A stretch of 6,286 nt of DNA, taken from Zygophlyctis sp. KS116 (lineage: Eukaryota > Fungi > Chytridiomycota). The notes under the pieces were generated by a model. It saw only the letters and a list, made by a program, of their open reading frames with translations, did not search any database and was not told where the DNA came from. The position numbers and the translations under genes are program-made. Positions 1-6,286 of this stretch are shown here, piece after piece. The stretch's first letter is position 1. Each line of letters opens with the position of its first letter. Location of the stretch: the NCBI GenBank assembly GCA_054661495.1, contig BAAFSQ010000448.1:1-6286 (forward strand), in the 5' to 3' direction.

Positions 1-2
1 TA

Positions 3-710
3 CCCAAGGCTGTATCTAAAGCTGAGACAGTACCCAAGACTTTAGGTCATAGAAAAGATGGATGGCTAGACCGTTTGTTTGGATTTCCCCAGCAGAATAT
101 TGGACAATCTTCCATGGGATGGAATGGCCAGCAGCAACCTGGAAGCTCCTTTGGCCAGCAACAACCTTTTAACGATTGGGCTGGACAAGCAGGCTCAATT
201 GGACAGCAGAAACCTGGAAGTTCATGGGGTCAACAACAACCTGGAAGTTCATGGGGTCAACAACAACCTGGAAGCTCATGGGGTCAACAACAACCTGGAA
301 GCTCATGGGGTCAACAGCAACCGGGTAGTTCATGGGGTCAACAGCAACCCGGTAGCTCATGGGGTCAACAACAACCAGGTAGCTCATGGGGTCAACAACA
401 ACCAGCCAGCTCATGGGGTCAACAACAACCAGCGAGCTCATGGGGTGGCCAGCGTCCTGGAAGCTCATGGGGTGGTCAGCAACCTTCTTCAGGATGGAAT
501 GGTCAATCCTGGACTGGACAACAGCAATCCGGAAATACATGGGGTGGTCAGCAACCTTCTGCAGGCTGGAACGGTCAATCATGGACTGGACAGCAACAAC
601 CTGTAAGCTCTTGGAACGGACAGCAATCATGGGCTGGACAAAGACCTCAAACCGCTGGAGTATCTCAGGGATGGACAGGACAATCTGGAGCTGGCTGGAC
701 TGGATTTTAA
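3..710 (+). CDS. 5'-truncated Gln/Gly/Ser/Trp-rich low-complexity repeat protein (WG/GW-repeat, prion-like C-terminal region); function unknown
   Basis: Frame 3 is open from position 3 (PKAVSKAETVPKTLGHRKDGWLDRLFGFPQQ...) to TAA at 708-710, so the TTG 'start' at 75 is an artefact and the gene begins upstream of the window. Differences between repeat units are mostly synonymous in this frame (Pro cct/ccg/ccc/cca; Gly gga/ggt; Ser agt/agc; Gln caa/cag), which identifies it as the coding frame. Confidence 0.8.
   Translation, partial: PKAVSKAETVPKTLGHRKDGWLDRLFGFPQQNIGQSSMGWNGQQQPGSSFGQQQPFNDWAGQAGSIGQQKPGSSWGQQQPGSSWGQQQPGSSWGQQQPGSSWGQQQPGSSWGQQQPGSSWGQQQPGSSWGQQQPASSWGQQQPASSWGGQRPGSSWGGQQPSSGWNGQSWTGQQQSGNTWGGQQPSAGWNGQSWTGQQQPVSSWNGQQSWAGQRPQTAGVSQGWTGQSGAGWTGF
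213..482 (+). repeat. Coding tandem repeat, 10 x 27 bp (consensus cctggaagctcatggggtcaacaacaa = PGSSWGQQQ)
   Basis: Units start at 213, 240, 267, 294, 321, 348, 375, 402, 429 and 456: 7x PGSSWGQQQ, then PASSWGQQQ, PASSWGGQR, PGSSWGGQQ. Confidence 0.97.
468..599 (+). repeat. Higher-order 72-bp-period duplication (WGGQQPS[SA]GWNGQSWTGQQQ x2)
   Basis: 468-527 and 540-599 encode near-identical 20-aa blocks separated by SGNT. Confidence 0.9.
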
Positions 711-783
711 CAAAATGCTGCTTCGTTCATGTCCGATTTATGGGCTGGTAGGTGTTAAGCCACGATTAAAAACATTTCTTTAC

Positions 784-3030
784 ATGATTTTTATATTTGC
801 AGTATTATTGATCAGTGAGTCTTCCATGAAGTAAACAATAGATCTGACTCATGTGGCGAGAGGCTTCTGTGTAGATGGACGATTTTGTGCCGAGGCAGAA
901 ATAGTTAATAATCGGATAGAGTACACGTTACATTCGTCAACTACTGGATGGATGGCACTCGGGATCGGATCCAGTATGCTCAGTGCAGATATTTTTTGTT
1001 TTTGGATGGGATCTACCGAGATCATATTGTCTAGAAGAACGGCTCGTGGATTCAGAATGCCAGCTCATAATCCTGATCGAGAAGGTGTATTAATGCTACC
1101 TTCAAAAACAGGATCGCCTCAATGGGCAAAGTTATCAGTCTCATTCAGCATTCCTGCAGGGAAAATTAATTCATCGTCCATGTTTATCTATGCACAAGGA
1201 AATTCAGTTGATAACCCCGACTCGGCTTCTTCTGATATTGGTTTCCATAACCTTAAAGGTGAAATCAGTGGACTTGTCGCTGAGCCTGCAAAACCTGCAG
1301 CTTTAAATTCTGATGAATCTAATCCAACTGGATCTCATTCTGATTCATCAACTATCACTGCTTCGAATTCTGATTCATCAATTCCTACTGTTTCGAATTC
1401 CAGTGCATCCGATAATGTAGATGTAAGTGAACCGAAAGATGATGATCTTGAATCCATTTCTCAAAATCATGCGCCAAACAGTTTTTGTGATTCCAGTCAG
1501 AGTTTTTGTATTTACGGCCGCCGTGATGATGGTAATGTGATTTGGACTATTCATACGATTTCCGACGGTTGGGTCGCATTTGGATTTGGGTCAAGTATGT
1601 TAAATGCAGATATATATGTGTTTTGGAGAAATGATGGTGGTTACATCTTATCTAGAAGAAAGTCCGATGGTTACTCCTTGCCTTTATTCAATTCTGAAAA
1701 GCATAGTATAAAAATTGTAAATTTGGATGTGCCTGCTCCTTCATGGAGCAAAATGGCTCTGTCATTTGTAGAACCTGTCGACTATCAAACAGAAAGTGCT
1801 CCTAAATATATTTACGCTTTGGGCACTTCTGTAGTGGATCCCAAGTCAGAGGAATCAGGTTTTAATCATCACTTTAAGAAGGGTGGGATTTCAGGCATTG
1901 ATTTTTTGTCTAAGAGCTCTACTAGTTCTTCTCTTTTGGGAAGTGGAAACACTGGCAACAATACCTCTTCGGATATTTTTCACAGCAAGTTTTGTGATTT
2001 TTATGCTAAACATCCGGGTACCACTAACATGTTTTGTCTTTATGGCCGACCCGTCAATGGTAGTATTTTATTTACAATACATTCTTCAGCGTCAGGATGG
2101 GCTGGATTTGGGGTCGGATCTACCATGCGAAATGCTGACATGTATGTTTTTTGGAAGAATTCAACTGGCAATGGATACACTGTCTCGAGACGAATATCTG
2201 ATGAAGTTTTTATGCCCAAATATAATAGTGACGGAGGAAAATTGCACATGGTACCGCTTGATATAGCATCACCCCCATGGGCGCAAATATCGTTCTCATT
2301 TGCTCTTGAAATTTCTGATAGCTTAAACCCAAATACAGAATATATTTTCGCACACTCAAACAATACTGTAGATGATCCAGATTCTCCTCAGTCAAATTTT
2401 TTGAAGCATAATAAGAAAGGGAAAATCACTGGAATTAACTTTTTGGCTAGAGGCAACTCAGATGAATCTGATGTCGACGATGATTATAAATTCTTTGTTC
2501 ATATTCATGGTATCCTTATGCTATGTGCTTGGTCAATAGCTCCTTTTTGTGGAATATTTGTCGCCCGTTATCTTAAAGGGGTTTTAGGAGTCTGGTGGTA
2601 TCGAATTCATGTTTTTTTGATGATGTTTGTTACTGGATTCTTAACACTTGGTGCATTTGCGCTGATTTACTCACATTCTTATACGCCTCTGCTTTCTACT
2701 GGCGTGCATGGAAAACTAGGTCTCTCTATAGTGATGATTATGTGTTTTCAAATAACCTTGGGATTTATTTGTGATGCCCTTTGGTCTCAAGAAAGAAAAA
2801 CTGTTCCTTGGTATGACAAATTGCACTGGTGGGTTGGACGTATCGTTACTCTCCTTGGACTTATTAATATATATTTTGGCATTCAATTGTACACAAAGAT
2901 GTTTGAAGAACCATTATCGATCACATATACTTATTGGATCAGCATGGTTCTGGGAATTGGATTCCTAATATTCGGACAGACTAAATTTGGGAATGACAGT
3001 AAGTCTTTTCAAACGATGATTAAATTATAG
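784..3030 (+). CDS. Triple DOMON (CDH-cytochrome-like, heme-binding) + cytochrome b561 protein (CYBDOM/ferric-chelate reductase-like); join(784..814,842..3030), 739 aa
   Basis: ATG at 784 plus removal of a 27-nt intron gives a signal-peptide-like N-terminus, MIFIFAVLLINLTHVARG-FCVDGRFC. Three repeats of FC..FC / GW.[AG].G.GS.M..AD[IM]..FW / [LV]SRR...[GE]...P / YI[YF]A-like / H..KG occur at about 865-1275, 1483-1910 and 1990-2450. A five-TM b561 domain (about 2490-2990) has four His: HGILM, WYRIH, VHGKLG, DKLHWWVG. Confidence 0.9.
815..841 (+). other. Spliceosomal intron, 27 nt (gtgagt...taaacaatag)
   Basis: Canonical GTGAGT donor and TAG acceptor. Removal deletes the in-frame TAA at 832 and joins a hydrophobic signal-like exon to the 853..3030 frame. 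Confidence 0.85.
1309..1398 (+). repeat. 3 x 30-bp degenerate repeat in the Ser-rich linker (SDESNPTGSH / SDSSTITASN / SDSSIPTVSN)
   Basis: tctgattcatcaactatcactgcttcgaat (1339) vs tctgattcatcaattcctactgtttcgaat (1369), with a more diverged unit at 1309. Confidence 0.8.
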
Positions 3031-3163
3031 ATCATCTGGGCAATTTAGATCCAATGGAATCTATATTCGAATAAATGTACTATAATTAACATGTTTGCGC
3101 TATTTTTAGACCGTCAGGGGCCTATAATTAGCAGTTGCCGCACTGTTTAAAATTTAAATTTAA

Positions 3164-4291
3164 ATGAGTGCTAGTACTTTTAGTAGTCTTTGTATTCCCG
3201 GGAAGTTCTGTGCCCATGGGTTTAAGCAAAAGGATGATATCTTGATAACAATCCAGGCTGCCACCAATGGATGGGCTGCAATAGGGACAGGGAGTTTAAT
3301 GGATGGATCAGATATGTATGTAGTAACTCAGATCAATAACAAGTGTACTGTAAGCAGAAGAAAAGGATCTGGTCACTCTACTCCAGCACCAGCATCTAGC
3401 CAGATTGCTAAAATTGTCGATCAGATTCCTAAAGAAGCTGCTCCAGAAAAGGCTGAATCTTGGGTCAAGCTTCAATGCACTTTTAGCAGACCAATCACTT
3501 CTGATACTACCATTGCCAGTTCAAGCGCTCCATATATTTGGGGAATGGGACCATTATCTGGAGAAAATATTCAAATGCATGGATCTTCAGATTATGGTAA
3601 GGCAAATGCCAACTTCTTAGAAGCTGGTCAGATAGCTGGTGGCTCTACCTCTACTCCGCCATTTGTAGATTCCTCTCCGGACAATTATAATCTTGTACTT
3701 TTCGCCCATGGAATTCTATTTTTCCTTGCATGGGCTGTTGCACCATTTATGGGGATCTTTATTGCCAGATACTTGAAAGACTTATTAGGAGTATGGTGGT
3801 ATAAATTACATCTATATATTATGCTTGGTGTAACTGGTGGGTTCTCTCTAATATCCACGATTCTTATTGTCTTGTATAAACAAGGAGGACATATAAAAAC
3901 CAACCATGAGGTATTAGTTGATATAATTAATATTTAGATTATTGGAGTAGCTATTTTCTTTCTTTTAGTACTACAAATTATATTAGGATTTGTATCAAAC
4001 CACTTATGGAGTCCGGATCGTACTAGTATTCCTTGGTGGGACAAGGCTCATTGGTGGTTTGGAAGATTAGTTGTAATCGTGGGTATTACTAATGTATTCT
4101 TGGGAATACTTGAATTCCATGAACACTTGGGAATTAAAAACCATGACAGTCTTTATATTACTTTTGGTGTGATTATTGGTTTGGGCGTAATTTCAATGAT
4201 TATTGGACAATTTACATTTGGCCAAATCCATCACTTAAAGGAACAAAGCCAGAATGATTATGATGATTATGATGATTATGGAAAGAAATAG
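3164..4291 (+). CDS. Single DOMON + cytochrome b561 protein (CYBDOM), tandem paralogue of the upstream gene; join(3164..3910,3938..4291), 366 aa
   Basis: DOMON motifs LCIPGKFC, GWAAIGTGSLMDGSDMYV, VSRRKGSGHSTP, YIWG, QMHG. b561 His residues in AHGILF, WYKLH, NHE|IIG, DKAHWWFG. Removing 3911-3937 gives TNHEIIGVAIFFLLVLQIILG, which aligns without gaps to GVHGKLGLSIVMIMCFQITLG of the paralogue and merges the track's 3164..3937 and 4079..4291 ORFs. The start codon is less certain. Confidence 0.88.
3911..3937 (+). other. Spliceosomal intron, 27 nt (gtatta...ttaatatttag)
   Basis: GT...AG, phase 0. The terminal TAG is the in-frame stop of the unspliced ORF, and removal restores colinearity with the paralogue. 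Confidence 0.93.
4256..4279 (+). repeat. 9-bp microrepeat (gattatgat x2.7) encoding the C-terminal DYDDYDDY
   Basis: Read directly: gattatgat gattatgat gattat. Confidence 0.8.
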
Positions 4292-4331
4292 AGAGTTACA
4301 TTGAATGTAGTGTTTGAGGTTGAGTTTGTAA

Positions 4332-5166
4332 ATGCAACAAGACGCAACTTCAATACAGGTATGCAAGTCAACTATTAAGCATAGTTTACAGTCGGCAAAC
4401 TCGACGCAGGAATGGCTATTTTACTTTCTTCTAATCATCATTTAATTGAGTTTCCTGCAACCATTTTACCGGTAAAAAACAATAATTTAAAAATTGTCAG
4501 GCAGGTGTCACGACCGGATCTATAGTCAACTTGACAATTGAAAGAAACAAGGATGAAGAGAAGAGGCAAAAGGCTGAATTTGTGAATATTCAAAAGGATG
4601 TGTATGATTTGTTTTCTAGAACTCCTAAAATCCCAATTATCACAATTAAATCTATTACTCAGACTTCTCTAGTAATTAAATGGGAACCGTTAGAGTTATA
4701 TTTTGCTGAACTTCGTGGAATTGATGTCTATAGAAACGGAATTAAATTGGCAGCCACTCCCTCTCCTAACGCTCATTCTGTAAAGTTATCAGGATTAGAT
4801 ATGAATCATGAGTATGAATTATGGATCATTGTTCGAACATCTGCAGGATCATTTTCATCAAATAAGGAATTAGTAAGAACTCATACTATTGATAATCTTA
4901 CTGGACTAAATCCTACATTTGGACTCTTTAATAATCCATCAGGTGTATCAGAACTTGTAGAGATTATTACTAGAATTGGAGCGTCTTATTCTGAAGATTT
5001 AAGTACAGACAATACACACTTGATCTGTACACTTCCAAGAGGACCTAAATTTGAAAGAGCTCAAGAACTCAACATTCCAATTGTTAGTCCTGAATTTTTA
5101 AAAGCCTGTGAATCTAATGGAAAGATTATGCCCTCCCACTTATTTTACATGCAAAGTGAAAATTAA
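4332..5166 (+). CDS. CHS5: Exomer core subunit Chs5 (CHS5_N + FN3 + BRCT); join(4332..4358,4385..4471,4501..5166), 259 aa
   Basis: The spliced N-terminus MQQDATSIQ|[29 protein letters not shown]|[23 protein letters not shown] matches the Chs5 dimerisation motif (TVGKLDA...HHxIEFP..LLP....GSI). FN3 motifs: [37 protein letters not shown] motifs: [25 protein letters not shown]. Confidence 0.93.
4359..4384 (+). other. Spliceosomal intron, 26 nt (cag|gtatgc...ttaagcatag)
   Basis: GTATGC donor and TAG acceptor; joins the ATG 4332 exon in frame to FTVGKLDAG. Confidence 0.85.
4472..4500 (+). other. Spliceosomal intron, 29 nt (gtaaaa...ttgtcag)
   Basis: Required to join IEFPATILP to AGVTTGSIV, which is contiguous in Chs5 homologues; AT-rich with GT-AG ends. 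Confidence 0.93.
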
Positions 5167-5172
5167 TTTTTA

Positions 5173-5769
5173 ATGTCAGAGTTTATACTATTTTTAGATG
5201 AATTAGAGACTCCTGCAACTCCTTTATTCCTAGAATACTTAAAGAGATCTAGATCGCAATACACCTGGGTAGGACTATCATCAACTCAAGCGGAATTTAC
5301 TTCAATTGTTAAGAAATGGGGACTATCGGCCCCCAATTCCTATGTCGATTTATTCGCAGAATGGTCTTGTTTACCCAGTCTACAATCGCTTTATGATCGG
5401 ATCACTGAAATTAGATCGGAGAGTGTTTGCATTGATGATATCTCAAGTTTATGTAATGTTTATGATTGGAAACAAGTACTATTATTCATTAATAATTTGT
5501 GGGACTGGTGTTGTTTAGTAATTTATTTATTTTAATATTAGGGAAATACAAGTCTAGTATTAAGTTGTCATTCAGATCTAACAGGTTCTGAAGATGTCGA
5601 TATCTTTTGTAAGAGTCTACAATACAATTGTACGACAAAAACCAGAATTTCAAAGCTCACCCAAGGACCAGTGGCGGGACTTACGGGACAGATAGAATCA
5701 GACAAGTTGATATTCTATGAATTAAAAGATTCTGGGTTTAGTAAATGGCTGACAAGGGGAAATGTATAG
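5173..5769 (+). CDS. ELP6: Elongator complex subunit 6-like (RecA-fold Elp4/5/6 family); join(5173..5517,5542..5769), 190 aa
   Basis: Motif order resembles ELP6 as I recall it: ILFLDELETPATPLFLEYL; WVGLS...F..IVKKWGL; VCIDDISSL; VLLFI; LVLSCHSD; L.QG....TGQI; FYELKDSG...RG. The second exon (GNTSLVLSCHSD...WLTRGNV*) is absent from the ORF track. Family assignment is by eye, with no HMM search. Confidence 0.75.
5518..5541 (+). other. Spliceosomal intron, 24 nt (gtaatttatttattttaatattag)
   Basis: Phase-0 GTAATT donor and TAG acceptor; removal deletes the in-frame TAA at 5533 and continues into the conserved Elp6 C-terminal half. Confidence 0.85.
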
Positions 5770-5844
5770 CTATTTACTCTTAAAAAATTTATTATTATTC
5801 TAGTATTTTATAGACCATTCCAGTCTCATCTACTGATCTAAGCC

Positions 5845-5910
5845 TAGACTTCCACTGGCCGTTGGACCGCGAGTCATTGGCGTTTGTGGCCACGTGGTGC
5901 CATAGATAAG
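5845..5910 (+). promoter_or_regulatory. Putative polyubiquitin promoter (GC-rich patch with CCACGTGG E-box/G-box)
   Basis: A GC-rich island in AT-rich intergenic DNA: GAGTCAT 5871-5877, ATTGG 5876-5880, CACGTG 5891-5896, GATAAG 5905-5910. These are short motifs and function is inferred only from position. Confidence 0.4.
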
Positions 5911-5914
5911 AAAA

Positions 5915-6286
<372 letters not shown>

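Noticed and set aside
213-482. CRISPR array
   Set aside because: The repeats are contiguous with no unique spacers, vary at synonymous positions, and lie in a eukaryotic CDS.
79-751. Alternative-frame ORFs 79..606 (+), 169..630 (-) and 386..751 (+)
   Set aside because: Shadow ORFs of the stop-free 27-bp repeat; unit-to-unit changes are mostly synonymous only in frame 3.
3019-3030. C-terminal IKL as a peroxisomal PTS1
   Set aside because: Non-canonical first residue, and the protein has a signal peptide and multiple TM helices.
3070-3164. AATAAA at 3070, duplicated CTATAATTA (3080, 3122) and a tttaaa run as defined poly(A)/TATA elements
   Set aside because: Plausible, but indistinguishable from chance in AT-rich intergenic DNA without transcript data.
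1883-3903. Small overlapping ORFs (1883..2266, 2040..2363, 2210..2395, 2771..2968, 3405..3620, 3685..3903)
   Set aside because: Nested within well-supported CYBDOM genes and lacking recognisable motifs.
3911-4291. Pseudogene or split gene interpretation of the second CYBDOM; separate 4079..4291 gene
   Set aside because: A 27-nt GT-AG intron restores an intact, colinear b561 domain.
5306-5518. 70-aa alternative-frame ORF
   Set aside because: Overlaps the Elp6-like exon and has no recognisable features.
815-5541. Non-standard genetic code (TAA/TAG read as Gln) to explain in-frame stops
   Set aside because: The very Gln-rich first gene uses only CAA/CAG, genes terminate at TAA/TAG, and the internal stops all fall in GT-AG segments that are insertions relative to homologues or paralogues.

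Overview
This is eukaryotic DNA from a very compact genome, most likely fungal (it carries an exomer Chs5 gene), and possibly from an early-diverging lineage such as a chytrid (inference). Six genes lie head-to-tail on the + strand with gaps of only 6-176 bp. They contain ultra-short GT-AG introns (24-29 nt) that the ORF track misses. In order: (1) the 3' part of a low-complexity protein with 10 tandem P[GA]SSWG[QG]Q[QR] repeats; (2) a secreted/membrane protein with three tandem heme-type DOMON domains plus a cytochrome b561 domain; (3) a tandem paralogue with one DOMON plus b561; (4) a minimal Chs5 (CHS5_N-FN3-BRCT); (5) an Elongator subunit Elp6-like gene starting 6 bp after the Chs5 stop in the same frame; (6) the start of a polyubiquitin gene. 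The most notable observation is a 24-nt element (5156-5179) that resembles the other introns and spans both the Chs5 stop and the Elp6 ATG, so splicing it would give an in-frame Chs5-Elp6 fusion. Also notable are the putative five-heme DOMON3-b561 chain and the WG/prion-like repeat protein.
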